A stretch of 64,000 nucleotides of DNA from Sumerlaeia bacterium. GTDB lineage: Bacteria; Sumerlaeota; Sumerlaeia; SLMS01; JAHLLQ01. The notes under the pieces were generated by a model that was not told the DNA's origin, made no database searches, and saw only the letters and a program-made list of their open reading frames with translations. The stretch covers positions 96,001 through 160,000 of the forward strand of contig JAVJSW010000046.1 of NCBI GenBank assembly GCA_040219255.1. The letters are read 5' to 3'. Every line of letters starts with the position of its first letter. Within the stretch, counting starts at the first letter, position 1. This document shows, piece after piece, positions 47,069-56,059 of the stretch. Both the position numbers and the translations under genes were made by a program.

Positions 47069-48295
47069 ATGACGCGCCCCTTCCCTTCCATAAAACAACT
47101 CCCCGCTTTTCTGCGAATCGCACTCTGCCTCGCCCTCATGGGCCTGGCGGCGGGCCCGGCGCTCGCCGCCGAAGCACTCCCGCTCATCTACACCCCCACC
47201 GGTGTCCTCTTCCGGGTCAAAGCACCCGACGCCAGCTCGGTGTACATCGCCGGCACCTTCAACGGCTGGGCCAACTCGGACGGCTACACCGTCTCCGACC
47301 CGGAATCCAAAATGTTCGGTCCCGACGAAAACGGCGTCTTCGAACACTTCTACACCCTCACCCCCGGCGTTCACGTCTTCAAGTACTGTGTGAACGGCAC
47401 GCATGACGGCTGGATGCCTGGGCCGCCCGACCTGGAGCGCCGCAAAGACGATTTCGACGTTACCGCGGGTCAAGGGGGCACCATGGGCTCGGCCTTCGAG
47501 TTCTCCCTGGAAGAGCCCCCGTGGCCGGGCTACATCCCCAACGGCTCGATGCGCCCGCGACTGCTGGTCAGCAAGATGGACGGCAAGCCCTACCTGCGCG
47601 TGCGCTTCTTCAGCCGCCAGGCCAACATCGTTCACATCGTGGGCAGTTGGGACGGCTGGGCCGGCATCTCCGACCGCGGCGTCTATGACGAATACCACGC
47701 CGCCGCCGTCGCCAGGCGCTCCGACACCAGCGAGGAAGTCCCCTATGTCTGGGAGAAGTACATCGGACCGTTGGAAGAAGGCACCCTCGAATACAAGATC
47801 GTCGTGAACAACCGCCAGTGGCTCGCCGACCCCTCCGTGCTCCAGGCCAGCGAGGACGGCAACTCCGTCGTCGGAATCCGGCGCCTCAATGAAAGCTGGG
47901 TCCCGGTGTACACGCCCCGTTTCCCCGACAACCAGACTCGCGAGGATATCAAGAAGCGCTGGGGACCGAATCTGGAATGGGAAATCGGGTTGAAGGAAGG
48001 TTTCGACCTGGCCCGCGCCAACCGCAAACCCATGATCTGGGTGATCACGCTGCCCGGTTCGGCCTACAGCGAACGCTTCATGAAGGGCATCAACAGCGAC
48101 CCAGCGGTCGTGCAGACCCTGAAGAGCTTCGTTTGCCTCGAAACGCCGGCCAACGAAGTGCGTAATCTGCTGCGGAAATACCAAATCTACCGGGTGCCCT
48201 ACGTGGCCATTTTCGACTCGGCGGGCCAAGTGAAGTGGCGCGGCTTCAACCCCAGCGAGCAAACGCTCAAGCAGCAACTCGCGGGCATCTCCTGA
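47069..48295 (+). CDS. Secreted protein with two CBM48/AMPK-type glycogen-binding domains and C-terminal thioredoxin-like fold
   Basis: Signal peptide ..PALA-AE; APDASSVYIAGTFNGW...FKYCVNG; VHIVGSWDGW...EYKIVVN..W.ADP; W...LKEGFDLARA..KP....V + YRVP (no CxxC). Confidence 0.75.
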   Translation: MTRPFPSIKQLPAFLRIALCLALMGLAAGPALAAEALPLIYTPTGVLFRVKAPDASSVYIAGTFNGWANSDGYTVSDPESKMFGPDENGVFEHFYTLTPGVHVFKYCVNGTHDGWMPGPPDLERRKDDFDVTAGQGGTMGSAFEFSLEEPPWPGYIPNGSMRPRLLVSKMDGKPYLRVRFFSRQANIVHIVGSWDGWAGISDRGVYDEYHAAAVARRSDTSEEVPYVWEKYIGPLEEGTLEYKIVVNNRQWLADPSVLQASEDGNSVVGIRRLNESWVPVYTPRFPDNQTREDIKKRWGPNLEWEIGLKEGFDLARANRKPMIWVITLPGSAYSERFMKGINSDPAVVQTLKSFVCLETPANEVRNLLRKYQIYRVPYVAIFDSAGQVKWRGFNPSEQTLKQQLAGIS

Positions 48296-48436
48296 CCCCG
48301 GGGGCCTTTCCCCGGCCCCTTCATCTTTTCCTTTCAACACAGGCTTGCGCCGCCGGGTTCCGGCGGCGCATTGTCATTTCGAGCACAATGCGCTCTCAAA
48401 GCTAGACGTCCCGCGCATACGAGGAGGATCGCCCTT

Positions 48437-49540
48437 ATGGCTATGGATATGAATGAAATGTTGAAGATCATGGTGGAGCGTGAAGGGTCCGACCTTCACC
48501 TGGCCGTTGGCAAGGTCCCCGTCATGCGCAACAACGGCACCCTGGAAGTCGTGGACCCGGACATCCTGACCCCGGAAGACACGGAACGGCTGATGCGGGA
48601 AATCTCCCCGCCGCGCTACATCCAGATGCTCCAGGAGCATGGCTCCTCCGACTTCGCCTACTCGTACTCCGAGCAGGCCCGTTTCCGCGTGGCCTGTCTT
48701 CGCGCCCGAGGCAACATCGGCATCGTCATGCGCCTGATTCCCTCGCGCCTCCTACCCTTCGAAGTCCTCGGCCTGCCGACCGCCGGCATCATGGAACTGC
48801 TCAATTCGCCCCGCGGCATGTGCATCATCACGGGCCCGACCGGTTCGGGCAAGACGACTACCCTGGCGACGATGATCGACTGGATCAATTCCAACCGCTA
48901 CTCGCACATCATCACCATCGAAGACCCCATCGAATACACCCACCCCCACAAGAAGTGCATCGTCACCCAGCGCGAAGTCCACGTCGACACGCCTTCATTC
49001 GCTTACGCGCTGCGTGGCGCCCTGCGCCAGGACCCGGACATCATTCTGGTCGGCGAAATGCGCGACTTGGAAACGCTCGAAGCCGGTCTCCACGCCGCGG
49101 AAACGGGCCACTTGTGCTTCGGAACGCTGCACACCATCAGCGCGTCGGCCACCATCGACCGTATCATCGACGCCTTCCCGGTGAACCAGCAGGAGCAGAT
49201 CCGTACCGTCATCTCGGTGGCGCTCAAGACCATCATCGCCCAGACGCTGCTGCCTCACGCCTCGGGCAAGGGCCGACTCGCCGCCTACGAACTGATGCAC
49301 AACACGCCCGCCATCGCCAACCTGATCCGCGAAGCGAAGACCAACCGCATCATCTCAACGATCCAGACGTCGAAGAAGCAGGGCATGGTGACGATGGACG
49401 AGTTCCTTCTCAAGCTCTACAAGGAAGGCAAGATCACCGGCGAAATCGCTCTCGAACGCGCCCACTATCCGGAAGAACTGCGCGTCAACATGATGGCCCA
49501 TGTGGCCCCGGGCGAGGACGACGATGAGCCGATCGTGTAA
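48437..49540 (+). CDS. pilT: Type IV pilus retraction ATPase (PilT/PilU family)
   Basis: SDLHL, GPTGSGKTTTL, TIEDPIE, ALRQDPDIILVGEMRD, AETGHL..TLHT, NLIRE, GM.TMD. Confidence 0.93.
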   Translation: MAMDMNEMLKIMVEREGSDLHLAVGKVPVMRNNGTLEVVDPDILTPEDTERLMREISPPRYIQMLQEHGSSDFAYSYSEQARFRVACLRARGNIGIVMRLIPSRLLPFEVLGLPTAGIMELLNSPRGMCIITGPTGSGKTTTLATMIDWINSNRYSHIITIEDPIEYTHPHKKCIVTQREVHVDTPSFAYALRGALRQDPDIILVGEMRDLETLEAGLHAAETGHLCFGTLHTISASATIDRIIDAFPVNQQEQIRTVISVALKTIIAQTLLPHASGKGRLAAYELMHNTPAIANLIREAKTNRIISTIQTSKKQGMVTMDEFLLKLYKEGKITGEIALERAHYPEELRVNMMAHVAPGEDDDEPIV

Positions 49541-49551
49541 TCGGCTTTGTT

Positions 49552-50029
49552 TTTAACGCAAAGCAGCAGAGAGGCAAAGGTGCAAAGGATGGTTCGAAAA
49601 GAGTTGTCCGAGAATGAGATTAGCCAGCTCATTGTCGGAGCGGCTATCGAAGTTCATAAGACCTTAGGTGGACCGGGACTCTTGGAGTGTGTTTATGAAG
49701 AAGCTTTGGGTTGGGAGATAGAAAACCGTGGTCTCTTCGTACAAAGGCAGTTGGAAGTTCCCATCGCCTACAAGGGGAGAGAATTGAGTTTTCCCCTGAG
49801 ACTCGATTTACTTGTCAATAGGCTGGTCATCGTTGAATGCAAGGCCGTGACTCAGTACAATTCCATCTTTGAGCCACAGACTTACACGTACCTCAAGTTG
49901 ATGAATCTGAGGTTGGGACTCGGAGTCAATTTCGGTGAAAAACTTTTGAAGAACGTCATACATCGCGTTGTGAATGGCATGTAACCCTCTCTTCAAACGT
50001 CCTTTGCACCTCTGCTGCTTTGCGTTAAA
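49552..50029. mobile_element. Inverted-repeat-bracketed GxxExxY cassette
   Basis: Left TTTAACGCAAAGCAGCAGAG(aggcaaag)GTGCAAAGGA; right TCCTTTGCACCTCTGCTGCTTTGCGTTAAA; AT-richer interior; mobility is inferred. Confidence 0.55.
49589..49984 (+). CDS. GxxExxY protein (PD-(D/E)XK nuclease-like fold)
   Basis: AIEVH..LG.GLLECVYE, RLDLLV...VIVECK, Q...YLK, G...NFG. Confidence 0.93.
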   Translation: MVRKELSENEISQLIVGAAIEVHKTLGGPGLLECVYEEALGWEIENRGLFVQRQLEVPIAYKGRELSFPLRLDLLVNRLVIVECKAVTQYNSIFEPQTYTYLKLMNLRLGLGVNFGEKLLKNVIHRVVNGM

Positions 50030-51572
50030 TAAACTCCGCCAGCATCGCCAGGCTCGCCCCATAAATGCACGCATTGCGTTCCAGCGCCGCCACGGTGATT
50101 TGTTCGTTGGGCTGGTGGGCCATCTCGTCTTCGTCGGGCGTCAAGACGGGGCCGAAGGCGCAGCAGTTGGGGATGGCTTTCGAGTAGGTGGTGCCGGCGG
50201 TGGAGCGCAGTTCGCAGGGCCGGCCGGTGACGGCTTCGAAGCCGGCGCGCAGGGCCGCGAAGTAGCCCGCGATGGCTGGGTTCTCGGGGTCGAGGAAGAT
50301 CGCTTCCTTGACCTCGCCCTTGGCGCGGGCGCTCACCTTCATGCGCGAGGCGGAGGCCAGTTGGTCGGCGGCGGCGCGCGATTGCTCCAACACCTTGTTG
50401 GTCGTCATGCCCATGGTCGGCCGGATGTTCACCGAGGCCCGGCCGGTGTTCGGGCGGATGTCCACGATGGAGAGGTTCACCGACGTGCCGCCGATGAAGT
50501 CGTGGTGCGCGTCAATCCCGAGAGCTTCGCCGTTCATGTCCTGACAGAGGAAGTAGAGAAACGCCGCGAAATGGCGGACGCCTTCGGGGAACGTCTCGAT
50601 GTCTTTGACGAAATCGAAGGCGTCGAGGATGGCGTTGTGGCCTTTGCGCGGGGTCGAGGCGTGGGCCGCTTTGCCGATGAAGGAAATCGTCAGTTCGTAG
50701 AGTTCCGCCTCCGGATTGCGGGCTTTGCTGGGCAGGACGGTGACGTTGGACTTCTGATTGTCTTCGGCGGTATAGCGGGTCGTTTCGCGGATCAGCTCCT
50801 TGGTCAGCTCTTTCTCCGCTTCGCGAGGAAAACGGATGCCGATTTCGGTGCGGCTGGGCACGATGTTGTCGCGTTCACCGCCGGCGATGCGGGTGAATTC
50901 CAGCCCCGTTTCGGCGTGGGTGGCGGGCGAGTCCCATTCCGCTTCGAAGAGCACCGTCACCATGCCCTTCTCGCCGTTGATGATCGGGAAATCGGCGTCC
51001 GGCGTGAAGGCGAAGTCGGGTTTCCGGGAGGTCTCGAAGTAGGCGAGCATATCGCTCCAGTTGCCCGTTTCCTCCAGTGTCCCGATGACGATGGCGACGT
51101 CACAGGGCAGCTCGATCCCGCACTCCTTCACAGCCCAGAGGCCGTAGAGCGACTGCATCAGGGGGCCCTTGTCGTCCTGGGTGCCGCGCGCGATCAGCAC
51201 GCCGTCGACAATTTCCGCGGCGAAGGGTGGCGAGGACCAATCGCCCACCGGCGTAACGACGTCGATGTGGCTGGCGACGACCACGAGCGGGGCGTTTTCT
51301 TTGTCGCTCTTCCAGAGAATTTCCCCCACCAGCCCGGCGCCGTGGATGTCGCCGGTGACGCGGAACCGGAAGCCCATGCGGGTGGACAGCTCGCCCAGCC
51401 ATTCAAGGCACTTGGGGATTTCCGTTTCATACTCCGCCTGCTGCTCCGGCGAACCGCCGCTGACGGTGCGAAAGCGCAGCAGCTTCTGGGTGTCGGCGAT
51501 CAGGTCCTGGCGGTGGGTGGCGATGAAGTCGGTAATTTTGAGGGCAGTGGCCTGGGCGGTCGAAGTAGTCAC
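50025..51572 (-). CDS. M20 family metallopeptidase (PepV/Sapep dipeptidase-like)
   Basis: SHIDVV, ARG.QDDKGP, EETG, PDADFP.INGEKG, GK.AHAS.P..G.NAI, GTTY, HQPNE. Confidence 0.92.
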   Translation of the reverse strand: MTTSTAQATALKITDFIATHRQDLIADTQKLLRFRTVSGGSPEQQAEYETEIPKCLEWLGELSTRMGFRFRVTGDIHGAGLVGEILWKSDKENAPLVVVASHIDVVTPVGDWSSPPFAAEIVDGVLIARGTQDDKGPLMQSLYGLWAVKECGIELPCDVAIVIGTLEETGNWSDMLAYFETSRKPDFAFTPDADFPIINGEKGMVTVLFEAEWDSPATHAETGLEFTRIAGGERDNIVPSRTEIGIRFPREAEKELTKELIRETTRYTAEDNQKSNVTVLPSKARNPEAELYELTISFIGKAAHASTPRKGHNAILDAFDFVKDIETFPEGVRHFAAFLYFLCQDMNGEALGIDAHHDFIGGTSVNLSIVDIRPNTGRASVNIRPTMGMTTNKVLEQSRAAADQLASASRMKVSARAKGEVKEAIFLDPENPAIAGYFAALRAGFEAVTGRPCELRSTAGTTYSKAIPNCCAFGPVLTPDEDEMAHQPNEQITVAALERNACIYGASLAMLAEFI

Positions 51573-51661
51573 GGGAGAATCCTTTGGCGTGTTATTGAGA
51601 GGGAGACTATACGAGATGGCTGGGGGGAACAAGGGCCTAAGGGCGGTTAAACCCGTGGGTT

Positions 51662-52372
51662 TTAACGGTCCGCTTCGCCGGTGTCGAAGAGGGCGGTGCC
51701 GACGCGGACGATGGTGGCGCCTTCCTCGATGGCGACTTCGAAATCGCCGGTCATGCCCATAGAGAGGGCCGGGAGAGCGAGGCCCGACTCGTCCTGAAGC
51801 CGGTCGCGCAACTCGCGCAGTTGGCGAAAAACGGGCCGGACTTCCTCCGGATCGTCCACATAGGGCGCCATCGTCATCAGCCCGGCGAGGCGAAGCGATT
51901 CCCGCGACGCCACATCCCGCACGAACGCGGCGGCGTCGGCGGCGGAAACACCGGCCTTCTGATCTTCACCGGAGATGTTGATCTGGGCATAGACTTCGGC
52001 CATTTCGCCCTGCTTCGCATAGGCTTTGTTCAGGGCCTCCGCCACATCGGGCCGGTCGACAGAGTGAACGGTGTGAAAGAGACCCGGGAGGTACTTGGCT
52101 TTGTTGGTCTGGAGGCGGCCGATCAGATGCCAGCGGATGCCGGAGGGCAGGTCCGGGATTCGGTCGCGGCCGTCCTGGACGCGGCTCTCGGCAAACTCAC
52201 GGAGGCCGAGATCGTAAAGGGTTCGGACGTGTTCGATGGGGCGGTACTTGGACACGGCAAGGAGCGTGACCTCGGCGGGGTCGCGTCCGGCCTGTTCACA
52301 GGCGCGGGCGATGCGCCGTTGGATGGATTGCAGATTGTCCGCGAGGCGCTCCGCAACAGTGCTGGGGGTCAT
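51662..52372 (-). CDS. yggS: PLP homeostasis protein YggS
   Basis: LLAVSK, WHLIG.LQTNK, HSVDR, K.G, GLMTM, LSMGMTGDF..AI.EGAT.VRVGT..F. Confidence 0.96.
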   Translation of the reverse strand: MTPSTVAERLADNLQSIQRRIARACEQAGRDPAEVTLLAVSKYRPIEHVRTLYDLGLREFAESRVQDGRDRIPDLPSGIRWHLIGRLQTNKAKYLPGLFHTVHSVDRPDVAEALNKAYAKQGEMAEVYAQINISGEDQKAGVSAADAAAFVRDVASRESLRLAGLMTMAPYVDDPEEVRPVFRQLRELRDRLQDESGLALPALSMGMTGDFEVAIEEGATIVRVGTALFDTGEADR

Positions 52373-53004
52373 TGGGACTCCGGGCCACGAGAGGGAGCAT
52401 TGCGGCTGCGGCATTCGTCGCAGATGCCGCCGGGCAGGGGCACCATGCAGACGGTCTTGCACTGACTGCAGACGTAGCGCTTGCTGTAAGTTTTCTTCTG
52501 CTGGCCGTTTCGCAGGTTGTGGAACTCGCGGAACATGACGGTCGCGGTTTCCTTCAGGTTGTCTTCCCAGATGCCGAAGATGTTGGGGGCGACCAGGTAG
52601 GGGTATTTTTTCTTGAAGACCTCGAGCTTGTTGGCGGCGGTGTTGACGTGGCTGAGGATATCGGACAACTCGTCGAAGACGAGCTTGTCGTCGTCCTTCA
52701 TGGTCATCGAGGGCTTCTTGCAGATTTCCTCGTACTTGCGTCGTCGCTCGTCCTTATCGGCCTTTTCCTCGGCGGTGAGGGGGCGCTGGGGCGTGGGCAG
52801 GGCGGCCTGGGGTTTGGATGGCGCTTTGGCGGGTTCGGGTTGGGGAGCAGGCTGTTTGGCGGCGGGTTCCGGTTCCGCGTCCGGTTCGGCGGTGGAGAGT
52901 TCCTCCAGCGCCTTCGTCCAGTCCACCGGCCCTTCGTCGCCGAGGCGAATTTCATACTTGTTGGCGGTGGTTTCGGGTTCTTGATCGGGGTCCATGGCTG
53001 ACAT
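52369..53004 (-). CDS. Hypothetical protein with C-terminal Zn-ribbon
   Basis: Pro-rich linker, helical core, CSQC...CDEC; ATGA overlap with yggS. Confidence 0.75.
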   Translation of the reverse strand: MSAMDPDQEPETTANKYEIRLGDEGPVDWTKALEELSTAEPDAEPEPAAKQPAPQPEPAKAPSKPQAALPTPQRPLTAEEKADKDERRRKYEEICKKPSMTMKDDDKLVFDELSDILSHVNTAANKLEVFKKKYPYLVAPNIFGIWEDNLKETATVMFREFHNLRNGQQKKTYSKRYVCSQCKTVCMVPLPGGICDECRSRNAPSRGPESQ

Positions 53005-53084
53005 AGGGGCGCTGGCAATCCTTCCGGCCGTTTGTTACAAAACAACTAACATCGACCGGGCCAAGATGGGAACGGTTTTTTCGC

Positions 53085-53654
53085 TTACCGGCCAAGTCCG
53101 AGGAGTCGGTCGAGCGTAATCGCCGCCGCGGCCCGCACCGAAAGGTGGTTCCAGTCGGTCGGTCCGTTGATCGGTTCCAGGACGTAATCGACTTCCTGCA
53201 TGACTTCCGGGTGCAGACCGTACCCGGTGCCGAAGAGGATACAGTAGACTTTCCCGGAGTCGGGCGCTTCGAGCCACTGGCGCATGGTCGAGAAGGGAAT
53301 GCGCTGCTTGCCCTGGCGGGCGCTGGTGGCGACGAAGAGGACCTCGTGCCCGGGGTAGAGGGCTTCCATGCGGCGGGCCACCTCGCCGAGATCGCTGACG
53401 ACGACGGCGCCTTCGAGGGCCTGTTTGCGGGTGGGGTTGTAGGCCGCGCCCCAGCCCTCGCGCCAGTGGCTCATGACGCGTTCGACATAGCGCTGCATAC
53501 CTTCGAAGGGATGAACCAGCCAGTAGCCTTCCACCCCGTAGGTGCGGCCCGCGCGAGCCAGATCGTGTAGATCCAGGTTGGTCACGGAGGTGGCGGTGAC
53601 GGCGCCTTGCTTATCGACGGTGGGGAAGTGAACGAGAGCGATGTGAAGGGGCAT
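53085..53654 (-). CDS. SPOUT-class RNA methyltransferase (type often found beside trmD)
   Basis: ALVH.P, TN.DLHD.AR..RTYG, W..G.G..YNP.R..AL, LFGTG.GL, NHLSVR.A.AI.LDRL. Confidence 0.88.
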   Translation of the reverse strand: MPLHIALVHFPTVDKQGAVTATSVTNLDLHDLARAGRTYGVEGYWLVHPFEGMQRYVERVMSHWREGWGAAYNPTRKQALEGAVVVSDLGEVARRMEALYPGHEVLFVATSARQGKQRIPFSTMRQWLEAPDSGKVYCILFGTGYGLHPEVMQEVDYVLEPINGPTDWNHLSVRAAAAITLDRLLGLGR

Positions 53655-53671
53655 TGGAGGGGGCCGGGTCC

Positions 53672-54016
53672 TTATCCGTCTTGCGGTTCGCCGGGAAGGA
53701 CGATGCGGCGTTTTTTCGGGGTGGCGGCCCCGGTGTCGAGGCTTTCCGGCGTGGCTTCCGCCGGATCGGTGTAGGGCGCCAGGGCTTGCGCCAGCGCGCC
53801 GATGGATTCGGAGAGGAGGCGCTGCTCCTCGGGTTCGAGGTTGCCGCGGGTTTTCCGCTCCAGGATCCGGAGGAGGCTCAATTCGTGGCGCGCCACCGCG
53901 GGATTGGGTTCGCGGGGCTCGCCAGTCATCGGATCGGGAATCAATCCGAGGTTCAGAAGCGCCTGAATCTGATGGATTTGCAGGATGGAAACGAAGGTCG
54001 GGGGAGGGATATTCAT
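53672..54016 (-). CDS. DUF1844-like protein
   Basis: LG.IPDP.TG, A...L..L..KTRGNL..EE...L. Confidence 0.85.
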   Translation of the reverse strand: MNIPPPTFVSILQIHQIQALLNLGLIPDPMTGEPREPNPAVARHELSLLRILERKTRGNLEPEEQRLLSESIGALAQALAPYTDPAEATPESLDTGAATPKKRRIVLPGEPQDG

Positions 54017-54073
54017 AAGCCGTTTTGAGGAGAAGGTGGGGGAGAGGGTTGTGGGCGAAGACTGGGAAGGCGG

Positions 54074-54538
54074 TCAGGTGATGCCCTCGGGCGGGGGTTC
54101 GGGTTCGTCGAAGCGGGGCGTGGGAATGGGCTGGCGGTCGCTCTCGCCGGGGTCTTGCGGGGTGCGGTCATGGAGAAAGCGAAGAGCATCGACGGTGGCT
54201 TGGGCACGGGACCGGGAGTAGGAGTCGGCGATGTCGCGCACGTCCCGCAAGGCGATCAGAAGCAGCCAGATCAGCAGAATGAAGCAAACACCGATGAAGG
54301 CCATCTGATGCCGCGGTTCGGGGAACGGAAGGATGTGAAGCAGGTCATAGCCAAGGGCGAGAAGAACGAGCACGACGAGGCCCAGGGTGCGCCGGCGAAA
54401 GCGCCGAAGTTCCGGCTTGGCGGCCTCCAGGTCCTCGCCGTGATGGCGCAACGCCTCGCGCAGGCTCAGGATCTCGCGGATCCAGAAACCCGTCAGGGTT
54501 GCGAGAAAGAGCGGCCAGACGATGAGACGAATCCACAC
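54074..54538 (-). CDS. Small hypothetical membrane protein (3 TM); start uncertain
   Basis: Hydrophobic helices, RFRRR motif, IALRDVR; co-oriented with the DUF1844-yggS gene string. Confidence 0.65.
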   Translation of the reverse strand: MWIRLIVWPLFLATLTGFWIREILSLREALRHHGEDLEAAKPELRRFRRRTLGLVVLVLLALGYDLLHILPFPEPRHQMAFIGVCFILLIWLLLIALRDVRDIADSYSRSRAQATVDALRFLHDRTPQDPGESDRQPIPTPRFDEPEPPPEGIT

Positions 54539-54630
54539 GGGGCGGGGAGGCTCCGGAACAAGGCATTGGTGGCGGGAGACGCTTTTCTCTCGCAACCGGT
54601 TCGGGGGAAGTCTAAATAGAGTGGCCTCGC

Positions 54631-56046
54631 TTGGCAACCCATCCCATAGCCCGACCGGCCAGAGGACGTCTGAATTTGCCCGCCGTTCCCCCGGAGAGTC
54701 TGCGCCCCTTCCTGTCGGCCCTGAGCCACCTGGGCTGGGGCATCAAGAAGTTCGCGAAACCCGAACCGGTGCGGGCCAAGGGCAAATCGCTGGTGGCCCG
54801 CACGTGGTGGGTGGCGCTGCCGCTGCCCAACGGAGAGGCGCTTGTTTGCGCCGCCTTGCCCGCGGACCTGGAGGGGCAAGGCCAGCACTTCAACGCTTTT
54901 GAAGATCAAACGCGGCAGTACCGCGAAATCGGCGAAGGCCTGCGCGCCGAAGGCATCGCCGGCCGCTATCTTCTCATGATGGGAGAAAATGGCGCCTTCT
55001 CCCTGGCCGACTGGCGCGACGACGAGGTGCTTCTGGTGACGCGCACCCGCGGCGAGCGCGACGACCGCCTGCTGCCGCTCCTGAACATGCAGGCCCTGGC
55101 GCGCAACACGCTGGCGTCCTACCCGCGCAAATCCATCCGCCAGCACGCGCAGGAACTGCAAAGCTGGGTGAACATCTGGAGCGCCCGGCTTGGCTCGGAA
55201 AGCCAAAGCACGCAAGGGATGATCTGGCGCTTTTTCGACGCCTTGCTGACAGCCCGGATGGCGGAACGCTATGGCTTCGGCGGGGGCGAGGAGAGCTTCG
55301 AATCGATGGCCTTCTCCGGTGCCACCGCCAAAGACCTGGTGCGGCGATTGAATCGGCGGTTCGAGACCTTGGCCCGGCAGAACAATCTGCTGCAGAACGC
55401 GACGCTCTCGTCCCTGACGCAACTGACCGAACTCCTCGGGGCGCGGGCGCCGTTGACGGAATGCGTGCGGAGTTTCGCGCTGCTCAGCCGCGCCAAGTTC
55501 CGGCCGGAGGTCCTGGCGGAAGCCTTCGCCGACCCGGAACTGCGCCTGCTTTCCTGGCGAGCCAGTGTCATCGCGCCGCCGCTGGCACCGGGCGAGGGCG
55601 AGCTGGCGCCGGGGCACTGGCTGACCCATGAGCTGGACGTGGTTCTCGACGAAGTGGGAACCTTGGTGATGCTCGGCTGGTTCGACGAACTGGCGGAGGC
55701 GTTGGCCCAGCACGCGCGGGGTCAGGAAACGGCGCTGGAGCGGGGCGAACGGCCAGGGTTCCAGCTCGACCTGCTGGGCGACGCGCCGGAGCAGGACCTG
55801 GAACTGAAAACCGTCGTGCGGCACATCGCCGGTCAGGTGCTGAGCGTGCGGACCTGCTACGCCGAGCGCGGCTGGCTGGCGCGGATGCTTCTGGCGGGCA
55901 AGGCGTGCGAGTGGACGCGGCGGCTCGATGTTTCGCTGGGGGCGTTGCCTCAACTGCGGGTGCGCATAGAAAAACCGCCCGCTCAGGAGGCCGAACTGGC
56001 TCCCCCGCGGGCGGTCGATTTCGAGGCGGCTTATCAGGCGAACTGA
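54631..56046 (+). CDS. Hypothetical protein resembling a degenerate type IIG restriction-modification / N6-methyltransferase scaffold
   Basis: Long ORF with host-like codon usage; colinear but eroded RM-like motifs (see findings); start uncertain. Confidence 0.6.
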   Translation: MATHPIARPARGRLNLPAVPPESLRPFLSALSHLGWGIKKFAKPEPVRAKGKSLVARTWWVALPLPNGEALVCAALPADLEGQGQHFNAFEDQTRQYREIGEGLRAEGIAGRYLLMMGENGAFSLADWRDDEVLLVTRTRGERDDRLLPLLNMQALARNTLASYPRKSIRQHAQELQSWVNIWSARLGSESQSTQGMIWRFFDALLTARMAERYGFGGGEESFESMAFSGATAKDLVRRLNRRFETLARQNNLLQNATLSSLTQLTELLGARAPLTECVRSFALLSRAKFRPEVLAEAFADPELRLLSWRASVIAPPLAPGEGELAPGHWLTHELDVVLDEVGTLVMLGWFDELAEALAQHARGQETALERGERPGFQLDLLGDAPEQDLELKTVVRHIAGQVLSVRTCYAERGWLARMLLAGKACEWTRRLDVSLGALPQLRVRIEKPPAQEAELAPPRAVDFEAAYQAN

Positions 56047-56059
56047 GGCGGACTACGAA

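Noticed and set aside
48437-52372. Conserved pilT-yggS linkage
   Set aside because: Here the genes are convergent and separated by two genes, unlike the divergent pilT/yggS-proC arrangement; proximity alone is weak evidence
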